64,000 bases of DNA from Hamiltosporidium tvaerminnensis FI-OER-3-3 (lineage: Eukaryota > Fungi > Microsporidia). The first letter of the stretch is position 1. The number at the start of each line of letters is the position of its first letter. A program made the translations under genes and the position numbers. Positions 1 through 13,981 of the stretch are shown here, piece by piece. The DNA lies in assembly GCA_022605425.2 (NCBI GenBank), contig JAKIMF020000001.1:1364001-1428000 (forward strand), read 5' to 3'. Below the pieces are notes generated by a model. It did not search any database and had not been told where the DNA came from. It was given only the letters and a program-made list of their open reading frames with translations.

Positions 1-2949
1 CATAAAAACATATTTTAAATGTGTAAAGTTGAGTTAAAAATATATAAATAGGTTCAGCTCCGTAAATCTCTTAAATAACTGAGTCAGAAAGTGTTTCCAT
101 TCCGTGCATTCATACAAATTTAAAAATAATTGTATATTTAATTTTTGCTCTTGGAATGAAAAAAGTCATAATAATTAAATTTGCATCTTTAGAAGATCGA
201 GAGTTATTGCATTTTCTCGTTTTAAATCAACGTTAGAAGCAGTATAAATTATTACTAAATTTGAGAACTTTTATGTGCAGATATCTTCACATACAAAAAT
301 AAAGGATAATATATTAGTATTTAATGTGTATTAGAATTATGCACGCCAAACAAAATAAAAAAGTAAACATATATAAACGAAATATTATATAAAGAGTTTT
401 ATTTATTAAAAGAGCTTACTCAATATGATTTCCATTTAGATACCTTTTTCAGATCACCTGGTCATGCCATTTCTATTTAACTAAATTAACAGTTTCGGGA
501 CTATATATAGCCTCGGAACTTTGTTTTGAATGTCATTCTTGTATCTTTTTTGTGTTATATCTTAAACAGAATACTTTATTTGTCTGAAATAAAAATTTCA
601 TTGATTAACATAACTCAGTTCCTGCATGAAATCGATGTAACTTCTATGTTTCGTATGTATTTTGAAAAATTGACATTTGAAATTTCAAGAATAAATCCCT
701 CAATATTTTTTTTCTATCGGTAAGATTTCTGTCAAGATCTGAAATCATATTTTTACTCTTAATTTCACTTTGCAGCAGAGGTTATTGAATAAAAGATTTG
801 AAGCATCTTTTAACCCGGTTGTTTAAATTGATTCCCAAATCTCTTAAATTTTAAATATAACTTACTTCTCCTTTTCCGATCAAATTTAATTAAGGCTTAT
901 TCTTAATCAGCTTTTGCATGTTTTCAAGAACTTAACTTATATTTCAGATACATCTAAGACATAATTTTCTCGTTAGTTCTCTAGAATTAGAACTTACTCT
1001 AAATAATAAAGTTGTGTCTTTAAAATATCTACTAAATACAGAAAATTTTCTTATGCTATGTTATAATGTTTCTATGCTGACATTTTTTTGCTTAAAATAT
1101 CTTTTAATGTATTAAATTCTTTCGATCTTTTAATATTACTTGTAAATGCTCAGGACAATGTTTATTAGACAGAAGTTTTATGAGAAAAACGTTTTAAATC
1201 GACCTTTAACTTTTATCTACAGATAAATTTCTATAAAGTACATGTCATGCCTACATGATAAGCTCTGGTTTTAAATATTTAGTTAAAAACAAGCCTAAAA
1301 TTATTAACTTCTGTTATTATGCTCTACACCGATCGAAGAATATCTTAGATTATTGCGTAAAATTTTCTACGAAGCCCTGGCTGCAGAGTTCCAAAGAGCT
1401 TCTCATGTCTAATATTTCGCTTCTTTACTACAAAAGAAACATAATCACATTGAATCATAGCTTCGCCAAGTTATAGGCGTTCCAAAGACAATTTTATTTT
1501 GATTGATTAGGCTATAAATCCAATGCAAAGTTTTTTATACGAAAGATAAAGACTGCAACTGGGAAAAGAATCCAGCCCTTCGGATGTAAATTCCGACATC
1601 ATATGACTAGACTAATGGAATTATTAAAAATCATTACTGAAATAAAATTTGAAGAATTCTTCTATTTTAAACATATATTTGTTTAATGTATGAAACAATC
1701 ATTTAAAATACCACAACTATTAGTTACAATTATACTTTACTTTTTTAAACAGAAACGGATTTTTTCTAGCTCCAGATACTTTTATTTTTAAAACCTTTCG
1801 AAAATACCATCGAAATGTTTAAATCAATGAAATTTAATGCAAATTTTTTTTAAAAATCGGTTAATAATCATTTAATGCAAAGCTGTAATATTTTTTTACC
1901 TATTTTTTTTACATTCTTAACTTATCCGAAATTCAATTTATCTGTATAAGTATGGATTGAATACGAAAACTCTTTTTTAAACTAATGCATATAATTTTTA
2001 TGCTTTCGATAATTCAACTAATTAACAAAGTAAACAATTTTTCTTAAATTTAGTCAAAGTAACTGCCTTCCTTTGGTATTTCAAGCCAAGAGCGATTTCA
2101 AATATGTAAAAAACATATTTCTAATAAATTTACTATTGAACCTCATACTCGTCTTCTTAAATGTTTAAAGACAAGTTAGTAAGATAAATATCAAATTTAA
2201 ATCGTTTTTTTTTATAAAATTATGAAATTTTTCATATAATCATACTAATTAAATTTACAACAAAACCTGACTCATAATTGAATTAAAGGTAGAAAAAAAT
2301 TCATTTTTCAAATTGTAGATATCTAAACATTATTACCGAAGCATTTCTCAAATAAATAAATGCCTTGCTTATATAGAGAACATATAGTATTCAAAATCTT
2401 GATAGGATTAAACATTCTAATAATGTCATAAATATATTAGAAAGTAAAGAGAGAATTTAATGATATTAATTGACCTAACAATAGCACATAAATAAAATCT
2501 TATTAGATAGAATATATAATCGAATTTAAATTATAATACGACTTGGCTTTGGATTTTGTTCCATTCAATGAAATAAATACAAGTTAATGATGCTAAAAAA
2601 ACTTTCGAGTTGCTATACTGGAATTTATAAGGTAATGAAATTATAAAAATCTTTAGTATAAATAAAACGCATTTAATGTATATCATCTCAAATAACCTAT
2701 TAAATTTTTTTTAGTATTTTTTATATATTAAATATTTAACAACTCAACTTCAGAAAAAACTTAAAATTTTAATTTAAATTGGTTTTATAAATGTAATTTA
2801 ACAAATTTAAAACAAAATTTCTTGGTTATTAAATGCGGTATAAAGAAGTAAAGATTATTATAAATTTAACTTTGTCCAGAAGTAATTCTATTTCCTAAAT
2901 AAATTTTAAATTGTTGAGAAAATTGGAATTTTTCGATCTAGAACAATAC

Positions 2950-3600
2950 AATTCAAAACAAAACTTTATATAAGCTATAAACTGTGTTGATATGACATTC
3001 TATAAAGGGTGGTAAGAATTTGATAGAATAATCGATGTAAACAAATTTTCCTAATCCGGACACAAATTTGTTCCAAAAAAAAGTATAAATACATCGAAAA
3101 AACCCAGAAATTATGAATAATTCAGAAGCAATATTTGCTTTGAGCATAGCAGATTAAGAAACCGAAGATGCTTTTCAATAGCAAAGAAGCATCTATATAC
3201 AGGATGCCATCATGAAAAAGATAAAGATTCATTGGGGAGGGGGGGTTTATTTTTAATGAAAGTTTGGAGATATATCTCAAATACGAAGAATAAGAATTTG
3301 TGGTGAGCATTGGGGAATAAGGTCTGTTGTACTAATGAGATCGAAAAAGGAAAGCTGAGTGATAGGTTCACATAGAAAGATTCGGTCGTTGGAATAAGAT
3401 CAAAAAAGATCTTAAGAACCGAAGATTTGTCGAAGGAAAGAAATGCTTAATATAGTGAAATGTTAGCACGGAAAAAAAGACATATTTACGAAATATTGTT
3501 CGAAACGAAGAAAATCTCCAGAAATATGGCTTTATTCTAAAGCGGTAATAGCAACGAAAACATGGAAAAAATGAAACTCAAATGAGCACGTCGAAAAAAT
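2950..3600 (+). pseudogene. Possible highly decayed Ty3/gypsy pol remnant (RNase H end / integrase N-terminus)
   Basis: Purine-rich, coding-like island. Broken translations give HSIKGGKNLIE*SM (cf. HIKGxxNxIADALSR) and GEHWGIRSVV (cf. integrase HxG motif). Many stops; weak. Confidence 0.25.
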
Positions 3601-6600
3601 AAATACCCCCTCTCCTATAGAAAAAGGTTTTAATCTAAAAAACAATTGAAATGAAAAATTTAGTTCTAAAGTCCAAATATTTTTTTAGAAATGAAAAAAG
3701 AAAATTCCAACCCATAAAAAAGAATCAAATTTAAAACAAATAATATGTAAGAAATATACTTTAATCCTGAAAATTGGTATGAAAGAATCAAAAGAGATAA
3801 CAAGAAAATAACATTGAGAAATACACAATGATATAATTATTATTTATTTTGAAACAAAACAAAATTTTAAAAGCCTACAATAAACACAAATTACACAGAA
3901 CTATTGATCCGTCAGAAAGAGTGGTATATAAATCTCATAAAGTTCAGTATAACTTTAAATAATGAATATGCGAACCAAAGCAAGTAAAAAGAATATATTT
4001 TATTCAGAAATCACGAAAGAAGAAATTCTAAAGCTCCGAAAAAAATTATAAGATTTAAGTTTATCAACTATTAATCATTTACCTATTATACTTTACACTT
4101 AATAATATCTTTAAATAATTTGAAATAAGTAGAAATGTGTGAAAAAATAGAAAATATTTTAATTAATATACTGCTCAAGATCTAAATATACTTTTAAAGA
4201 TAATTCAAAATAATATAAATTAAAAGTATCCAGCTTTATTCATCATTGATATTAAATTGATAGTTACTAATGAACTGATGAATTCTATATTATAAATGAT
4301 ACTACTAATTCCAGAATTATCGTCGTGAATATTAAAAACACAGAGAATAATTTATATTTGCCTGATCACTAATAACAAGAAGGAAGCTAATAATCATTTT
4401 AATAAATATATTGGTCAAAACTTCTATTTCTTTTCTTTCATTTTGTTTTTCATTTATAAAATTTCTATTAAACTTTAAAGTTTTTTTTAACAAATAATAA
4501 ATTGTTATAAAATTGGCTCGGAAGATGTTTAAATAACGGCATTATTTTAGAAAGAACTTTTTCGAAATGTATAACAGTAACCAAGCCGTATAATAATATA
4601 ACCAACGCTTAGAAATGCCTCATAATATTTATTTAGATTCAATTTAATTTTCTAAAAAAAATATTTTATTATTAATATCAGTTTAAAAAACATTGCTACT
4701 CTTTTAAATAATCTAATAAAATAACAATTTAAATTATAAACACATGTTTTTAAAACCGGTAAATTTAATTAAACGCTGGGTTTTTAACATACAAACTATA
4801 ATTTTTAAATGAATTCTTATTTCATTTGCAATTGAAAATATATTGAAAATGCAGTATATTTAATGGAAATTGATTCAAATATTTAATCTTTATATTTCGA
4901 ATAAAGTTATAATTTCATTTTCATTTGTACTCCGATTTAATTTAATGTATTTTCTAAAACTTTCCCCACTTATTACGAAACTGGCATTTAATTAAATTTA
5001 TTTTGAAATATATTTCATGGATAATTGAATTAAGTGCAAAATATAATATTATAATATATAAATCAGGAAAATATAAAACACAATTCTAAACTCCGAGAGG
5101 TGCAGGAGAACCAAAATACAAAATATATAAGTACCAAATCTAAATTAAAATCCTTATTAAGCAAGTATATGTGTTCCATTCAATTCTCCTGGCGATTTTT
5201 TCACAACTTTTAATTTTCTTAACAATGTCTAAACATAGATTAAAAACCGCTTTAATAATATTTTTTTAAATGCTAAATTATAAACTAGAACTTGAATTCT
5301 TCGACTAAAATAAATATATGAAACAAACCAAACTAAAATACATTTATTTTTAAAGGCGATATGACATGATATATTTAATTTAATAATTTAATAATTTATA
5401 AATTTTTACAGATATTTTATAGATATTTAGAAAATGAAAATAGATGATATTTTTATCCAGAATAATATAAATCAAATCTTATTTTTTTTATGTTTTCCAA
5501 TTCTTTTTTAATGTAATTTATTCTTAATTATTAAAGTTTAGAAAATTTTTTATGTTTGAAAAAGTAATTTACAATAAAAATAAAGTTCATATCAATGAAA
5601 ACAAATTTCTATAAACTTACTTCATAAATTTATTCTAAAAATTTATCTTTAAAAGGTATTTTTATTGTTATTTATTAAAAATGACTCTGTTTAATTCAGA
5701 TTTTACATCAAAATTTAAGTATAATTTTCTATAAACTATTAAACTTTTACATTTAAATTATGAAAAAATAATTTTTTTTTCTTATATTCATTTTAAACAA
5801 TTAAGTATTTGATTTAATTCTATCTAAATCATTTATATTATGCCAATTTATAGGCTAGTATCTAGTTTTACGTTCTTTTGATCAGAAGACTACTTAAAAA
5901 TATATTTAAAATACCATCTCACCAAATAAAAATGATATCAAATTAAAACGAAAACGATAAAAGATCGAGATTGATCAATGATAATTACTCGGTAGAATAC
6001 TAGAATATATTGCGAAAGTTTAAAAGGCGTAAAAGCTCCTTAGAAGAATATCAAATCGATGTAAGACTTCACCAATGACTTTTAAGATTTTTAAATTCAA
6101 GGTAAAAGGAAAGGTTCGACAACTATAAATATTATTAAACAAGCCAGTAAAAAAATGTAGACTGATCTACATAAATAAATCAGACCGAATACTACGATAT
6201 TAAATAGAACTTTCTATAGATTATATTTTGCGGCTAAAAACAGATCCCTGTATAAAAAATATAATATTAGATCCTTTTCTAATTTTTTTGCAAAAACTTA
6301 ATAAACATTTCTTTTTGGAGCATTAGAAAGTTTTAAAGGTTTATTTTACCTTTGTTCATTAGGGATTAGATAAATATAATTTAAATTTTTTTATTTTTTC
6401 TGTTAAAATAAACTTGATTGGTAGATAATATTATGACTTCTCTTTAGGGAAAGATATGTATAAAAATTTAAAAAATATTAAATACTTGTCGCATTTCAAA
6501 ATGCATCTCTCCTCATTAAGCTCCTTATATTTTGATTTACCATTAACCAAAGGTAAAGCAACGCACAAATTTTCTGCGTGTTAATTAAGATAAAGGTAAT

Positions 6601-7417
6601 TTGAAAAATGAATGTAGTTATACGTTTTTTTTGGCGGGAAAAAGTATTTTGGGAAATTTAGCGAGTAAGGCATTAGCAACCTAATGAAATAATCTATAAA
6701 AAAATTATAGAATTTAGATGTTAAAATAATAATAAAAATTATAGAAATATGATTTCCACGTAAAAAAATGGGAAAAAATAATAGAAAAATATGTTAAAAT
6801 AACAAAAAAAAATATAACTTAAATTTTATTATTTTATTCTTTTAAACTCTTTATTTAAATGTGTTTGGTTATTATTTGGGCATGTTTTTGACTATTAACA
6901 TAGTATATTTATGCAATAAAATCTATTAAATATATGTTTCATTATAAGAAAATGAGTCAAAATAATTCCGTAAAACTGTAGAAATAGAGTTACAATCAAT
7001 TATATCCAATGTTTACATTATTTTAAGCAAAATTTATCGGCAGGTGTAATTGTTATTTTCAATTCTTTTAAGAGCCTAATTTTCACACTAACCAGATATA
7101 TTTGCACAATTTTTTAGAGCAGCTGGAAGCATTCCACGGTAAAGATTGTTTGTTAAAGCAATTTTACTTATTATGGAAATGTTTTTACTCTTATACACTG
7201 TTCCAATTATCATTTTGAAAACTTTTATGCAAATATGAATCTATTCTTGACATTATTTACTCCAGTATTTCTAGACCATTGGTCAATAGTATAGTAAAAA
7301 AGATGATATTTTCTGTATAATGCTTTTTTTTGTTTCTTTGCATGTGCATATAGAGATTATTCTAAGAGGTGATAAAACTATTTTAAAATCTTACATTATT
7401 ATATTTTTGCATTAGTT

Positions 7418-10400
7418 GGCTTGACACCTTACTTTAGCCTAATACACCACTTTCCTCTTCGGTTAAAGTTTCTGCGTTCCAGCCATCGTAGGGCATGCCA
7501 AGCCCCTGTAGTCTAGCTATTTCTGAAGGTAACAGACTAATGGCATTGAAGACGATATTCGATTCCGTAACAGCCGACCCGAAGGAATGGCCTCGAATTG
7601 TTTTTTTTTGCAGTACAGACAAGGTTTGAATGAATGCCAAGAAATGGCTGGACAGAGCTTCACAGGTACTATAATGAGAAATTCGGCTGCACTGAAACTC
7701 TCGAAGTGTTAAAAAAATGGGCACAAAGTGAGATGGGAAAGGAAGTAAAATCAGAAGAGAATGGAGAGCGACGTAGAATCGCCACTTGTCTCGCTGATAC
7801 ATGCACCTTGACCGACACCACGGAGTACATAAACCTGAGAGATAAATTCTTGAGTAAAATCAAAGAAATCTCGGAGAACGAAATTGGAAAAGTGGTGGTC
7901 CGAACTAGAAAACATCCAAATGAATTGGTTGATAGTAAAGTTCTGGATCTCATTAATCGAGTAGTCGGTGAATATGCAGGAGCTCATGTACCTGAGTCAA
8001 TTACGGAAGCCGCGTATATCATGCAAGCTGCGCAGGTATGCTATGACGAGGCAACACGCAAAGAAAAGCCTAGATCCGCTTGGAAGGAAAACATAGAAAG
8101 TAAAATTTCTAAGTTAGTACTTTCCAAAGATCTTCTCGAGAAAGCTCGTAAGCAGGAAAAGCTCTCCACTTCGGAAACGAAGAGCCTTAAGAAAATCATG
8201 CGAGAGTTTAATTTAAACTTGAGCAGTGTAACTGATCTTTCTGAGGCTTTAGTTAAGAAGAATGAGTCTTTGAATGTTTACGAGAAAAAAATTACGATGC
8301 ATGAAAATAGGAAGCAATTCCGAAAAGAGAATCGTATGTTTGAGCTTTTCCGAGATCGATTTTATCGTGGGTTATCTGAGCGTGTGGAATCCGAGCATGT
8401 GGTTAGTCGTGATGAAATTGTGAGTTTTTGGTCTACAATGTGGAACAAAAATGATGACACAGTCACGTATGATGATTATTTGATTCCATTTGTATCAGAT
8501 AATCATCCGACCACGTTTACTTCACTTGATGAATTTGTAAATATCCTTAATTGGCTTCCAATTGGAAAGCTGCTGGAATTGATGGTATTTACAATTTTTT
8601 CATTAAGAAACTTACAACTCTACACAAATATCTTTATGATATTGTGAAAGTTATATGTTTAGAAGGAACACCTCAAGCTGATTGGTTTTACTGCGGGCTT
8701 ACGTATTTGATACAGAAATGAATTCTTAGAAGAGGCTCTGGCTACAGGGCAATCACTTGTATATCCAGCCTCTACAAGTTAACGACAAAGTGTGTAATGA
8801 AAGTCGTTCAAATTGAAGTGGAAAGGCGAATGTTGCTTGCCGAGAATCAATTAGGGGCGATAAGAGGTGTGCAGGGAGCGAAAGAGCAGGCTCTACTAAA
8901 TATTGCCTTAAATAAAGAGTATGGAAATAATCTCAAGGCAACATGTATTGATGTTAAAAAAGCTTATGATTCAATAGATCATGCTTTTTAAACTCAATGC
9001 ATTCAAAACCTTAATTTACCAGATTGGATCATAAAATTTATCAAGATAAAAATATCAAAATGAAAAATTGATGTATCAGTAGAGCCTGAAAAAATCATGA
9101 GCAAGAAGATTGATAGAGGGATTCTACAAGGAGATAGTTTGTCACCTTTGTTATTTGTTTTGTGTATGGATCTATTAAGCCGAAAGCTTAATGAAAAATA
9201 CACAAAAGTGACAGTACAAACAGATGCAGAATCCCATTCTACTAATCATCTCTTGTTTATTGATGATCTTAAGCTCCTTGCAAAAGACAGCTCCACATTG
9301 AGTGCTATAACAGGCGAGGCAAAGGAATTTTTAGAGGTGATTGGCTTAGAGATTAACAAAGAGAAGTCAGTCACAAATGATACGTGTTGTGAAGATACTG
9401 CTACTCTTCTAGAAGGTGTTAGTGTTTACAAATATTTAGGAATAATAGAAGATAGCAGAGGATCCCCAACACGTAGCTCCTTTGAAGAAGTACAGAGCAA
9501 ACTTATATCAAGAGTTGAAAGACTTTGTCACACTAGATTAAATGCAAAAAATTTATTTTCTGCAATCAATTAATATGCGATATCGTTAATTTTACTATCA
9601 CATAAGAGTACTTCGACTTGAACCGGCTGACTTCTCTAAGTTAGATGATGCAGTGCGTGCGGTGTTGGTGAAGAATAAGATACATCTCCGCCCAGGATGT
9701 AAAGAGCGTTTATACCTTCCTAGAACAGAACTTGGAAGAGGCCTACATAGTGTTGAGTTGCGAAGCGAACATATGCTTCTGCAGTTCTTGGATCGTTGCG
9801 AAAAATGTAAAGAAATATCAACTAGACGAGTAGCAATCCTCAAGGTGGAGAATAATAATAAAACCCATCTTGCACTAATAAAAGGCTTCTTAAAAGTAAA
9901 GTACAGGTTGGTAGAAGAAGTCATTAAGAAAAGTTTAGAAGAAGCTCAACTTGCAAAACTATATAACGAAATAGAAAAACGAAAACTCTATTCAAAGTTA
10001 TATAATGCAAGAAAAAATGAGCTTGTGAGTGTTAGTGACTCTTCAAGATGGTTAAAGAGAAGGAATATTAGGCCACGAAATGAAGCTGTGTTCTGCTATA
10101 TCCAGGATAGAAATGTATTCTGGGGAGCAGATGGTATGTGTCAACATTGCGGGAAGTCTGGTAAGACTGTAGATCATCTAGCAACTCGATGTGAAAAAAT
10201 GCTAGGTCATGACTACACCAGACGGCATAATGAGGTGGTTAGATGCCTACACTTAATTCTCTTAAATAGATATAAGTTTAAGTCTTCAAAACGAATTAGG
10301 AGTCACTCAGTTCAAGAAATTCTTGATAATGATTATGCAGAGATAAGAGTTGACACCAGAATAAAAACTGATGTTAAAATTCGGAATAACAGACCCGACA

Positions 10401-11225
10401 TATTTATTTTAGATAAGAAGAAGAATAAGATAACACTCATTGAAGTAGGAATCACTTCCCAAGATTCACTTCAAATAGTTGAAACTGAAAAACTTAGGCA
10501 GTATGACCTGCTAGCCAATGAGTTGGGTCTTATTTATAAGTGTAGTGTTGAGATAATCCCTTATGTGATGACCTGGGACGGTATTGTGACAAAATACCAT
10601 AAATCACATCTTAAAAGACTAGAAATACCCATGGATGTAGAGGCATACATTCAGTCTATAGTACTTAAGAAGACAGTCGAAACAATTTTCTTTGATCGAC
10701 GAAGAGGACTTGAGTCAGGACTAAATGCCGAAGAGAGCTGGGAGAGAGCGTCAATGGGTGTTATTATGAGATCAGAGATGCATGAGGAACCAATACCCCC
10801 TTTAAAAGAAGAGAAGAGAGAGGAAGATGGTGCAAAAACTTTAAAACCAAAAAATAATACACCCCTTATTTCACAAGGAGGAACCACCTTAGAAGAACCG
10901 ACCAATAACATAAATGAAGAGTCGGATTTGGAAGTGCCGTAATTTTCGGGAAGGCAGCTAAGTTTGAAGTACGTCTCCAACAAGGAGATCGTCTTCCTGC
11001 TCACCATTCCTCTGTTGTTGTAAAGTAAAGAATTGTTTTTAGAAAAATTTTCTTTATTTGTTTTGTTCATGATGGCACTCCCTCCTTTTATTTTTAAAAT
11101 ATAAATATCATATTTTTGTGATATAAATAATATCACAGGAAGAATAGACAGTATTGGTTAGAGAGGTAGAAGAAAACATGTAAAAAATGGTAAAAATATT
11201 TTAACCCAGAATTTTATTAAATAAA
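7418..11225 (+). mobile_element. R4/Dong-like RLE non-LTR retrotransposon, copy 1 (5'-truncated, frameshifted, contains nested solo LTR)
   Basis: ORF fragments 7634-8647, 8797-8991, 9097-9573 and 9653-10942 match the intact 39736-43497 protein. Ends with the family 3' terminus CCCAGAATTTTATTAAATAAA. Confidence 0.95.
10935..11137. mobile_element. Solo-LTR-like 203-bp insertion (TG...CA) with 5-bp TSD
   Basis: Absent from the other copies. Begins TGCCG and ends TCACA. Flanked by GGAAG at 10930-10934 and 11138-11142. Confidence 0.8.
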
Positions 11226-12700
11226 AAAATTATACTTAGATATATACTATTAAATGAGTAAAACAATTTATTATTCTACACTTTCTTCTTTAAAAGTATT
11301 TTTATCTAATTTTATTTCCCTAAAAATTAAAATCTTATATTCCATCCTAATATAATTTCACATTAATTTAATTCATTCTAATAAATTTCTTATAAATCCA
11401 ATCTTAATTTTATTCGATGATTTAATTTTAATCTTTTTTAATAAAATGATCCCTGTATGATTACTTTAACATCTAATTCGTATACTTTTGTCCCTAATTT
11501 TTATTTAGAAGTTCTGAATACTAAACAAGTAACTTAAAGATCAAAACAATAGAATTATGCTTCTGTATTAAGAAGATTTTTTTAAATAAATATGATAACA
11601 GGTCTAATCTTGAATTATATTCCTGTTTTAAACTATATGTAAATAAATCTTAAACAAAAAATTCTTAATTTCATTTATATTAAATTAAAATAATACTTTA
11701 AGTGTATAGAATGCTAGTATGAGATATATCCCCGATATAATATTATTCTTAGCATCTAATTATGTTTTATTCCCCGTGTGTAACCAAAAAAGGCTGTTGC
11801 AAAGATAGAATGAATTACTAGTATTTTGCAATATATTTTGCTATTAATTTACTATGTATTTCTTTGTTGCCTGATAGACATCAAACGATTGCATTTGCAT
11901 TTGTTTTTAATCTATCAAATATCTTGGCACGTATTGGAGTATAAATATAGCAGATTAAAACAAAATTTTCGGTTTATAAATTATACTATGATTGCGACTT
12001 AATATAACAGATGTGTTATGGTGAGAAATCCGAAAAAAAATATTTTTTAAATAAAATATTAAAAATTTAATTACAAAAGTCGGACTTATAATCTCATTCG
12101 TAGCTAATAATTTTTAAAATATATAAATTCAAATAAAGTTTAGGACTTAAATAATTGTGTTTGTTAGTTGATAAGGGTAAAAAATATCTACATACTAAAA
12201 TAAAATGTAAAATTCCTTTTTTTAATTCTCTTCTATCAGATATAAAGTACTATTAAGTTAATATCTTTATTGAATTCCGTTTAATTCGAGAATATATATA
12301 AGTTTAGCTATTTATAATCACTTTGCTCGAATACACTTTTTAATTTAAAAAAATAATAGATAAAAGAATAAAAGATTTAAAAATAATTTAGATTAAATAA
12401 ATCTCTTTTCTTACAAAAAAAAGGAACATCTTCAATTTATGGTTTAAAATATTCAATTGTTTAGTATTTTATTTAAAGTTAACAATATAAGATATGATAA
12501 TAAATGGTAGATGAATTTTATTAAAAATTAATTAAATATCTGATGTGATATCATTAAGGAAATTAAAATAAGATTAAAAGATATATTAATAACCTTTTTT
12601 CATTTTGATACACTTTGTTTAAGATAAAGAAAATCAAGGCAGATTTATAAACAAACACTCGATTTCAAATCTATATAATAAAAAAAACAATAATAAACAA

Positions 12701-13891
12701 ATGATTGGCAAAATAAAGAACAGCGGAAATATTAAAAAAATTAATATTTCAAAAGTGACAAAAAATCAGGGACCTGAATCGAGTGAACTGATTGGAATCT
12801 TAAATAAAATTTATGAATGCAAGCAAGATAGTAATGATATGGGAAATATACATAAAAGTATATTTAGAATACTTAAAAATTTGAAATTAAAGGAGAAAGA
12901 AGAAGAGAGTATAAATACTAAAGAAGATTTAGAAAAAGCAGATTCATCCTTTCTTGAAAACCCAGCAGTTAAAATACATGAAATCAATATTTGGAATCAT
13001 GAAGATAAGAGATTCCCGATGTTAAAATATCATATGGAATATAAATTTCCTATAATGATATACAAAAAAAATGAAATTTCTTTTCAATCAAAGCTGGTAA
13101 ATGAACCATCTCAAGATAAAAAACAAGAAATTCCATTTAACAAATTAGAAAACAAGGGAAAAAAAGCTAATAATACTATAAAATATGATTTACTTAGTGA
13201 TATAGAAAAGATCAAAATGGCTTGTTTCTGCTTTAAGAAGCTTCGTAAATATAGATCTAGCTTTAAAGATAATATTTTAGAAAGAATTTCAGATATATTC
13301 AGATCTTCGTTTAAGAAAGATTCTTATCATATAAAAAAAGCAAATACATTTGTTTATACCGTTGGTGACCCTATTATGGATGAAGGAATCAAAAAAGAGG
13401 GATTGTTTAGAATTTCCGGTAAATATACCTATTATAAATTTATGCCGGGTGTTTTAGCTGCAGGAAAGAGATATGATTATACTGAGTTATCTGTCCATGA
13501 CAATGCCTCGATTTTCAAAGCATATATTCGGGAGATAATGAATGGGATAATTTCAGTTCAGATTGCAGAAAGGGTGATGAAAATAATAAAAAACCAGACG
13601 GATACTTCAATAATAGAATATATTGTGCCTTTAATAATATTTTCGATTACAAATGAAAATAGAAAGATGCTTATCTATTTACAGAAAATCTTTCGAAAAG
13701 TTGATCAGTATTCAAAATATAATAAAATGGGGTCAGATAATCTATATAAAATTTTTACTCCCACTATTTTTCCAAATATTGAATGCTATGATTTGCAATC
13801 CATAAATTTGCAAATTGAGATTGTAAAAAGAATTTTTGAGTCAAATTTAACAGAATCCCTTGTTTTTTGTATGAAGAAGCACTTTCGGTAG
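12701..13891 (+). CDS. RhoGAP-domain protein
   Basis: 396-aa ORF with KEGLFRISG (arginine finger), VHDNASIFKAYIRE and NKMGSDNLYKIFTPTIF motifs. Confidence 0.8.
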   Translation: MIGKIKNSGNIKKINISKVTKNQGPESSELIGILNKIYECKQDSNDMGNIHKSIFRILKNLKLKEKEEESINTKEDLEKADSSFLENPAVKIHEINIWNHEDKRFPMLKYHMEYKFPIMIYKKNEISFQSKLVNEPSQDKKQEIPFNKLENKGKKANNTIKYDLLSDIEKIKMACFCFKKLRKYRSSFKDNILERISDIFRSSFKKDSYHIKKANTFVYTVGDPIMDEGIKKEGLFRISGKYTYYKFMPGVLAAGKRYDYTELSVHDNASIFKAYIREIMNGIISVQIAERVMKIIKNQTDTSIIEYIVPLIIFSITNENRKMLIYLQKIFRKVDQYSKYNKMGSDNLYKIFTPTIFPNIECYDLQSINLQIEIVKRIFESNLTESLVFCMKKHFR

Positions 13892-13981
13892 CTAAAAATC
13901 AATAAATCCTTTAATTTTCCACTTTTAATGTTTTCATTTTATTTTTTAAATATATTTGAATATATTTTTAGAATTATTCAA

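Noticed and set aside
100-1480. Possible decayed minus-strand LRR-like pseudogene and small plus-strand ORFs
   Set aside because: Only scattered LxxLxI-like fragments with many stops; cannot be supported without a search.
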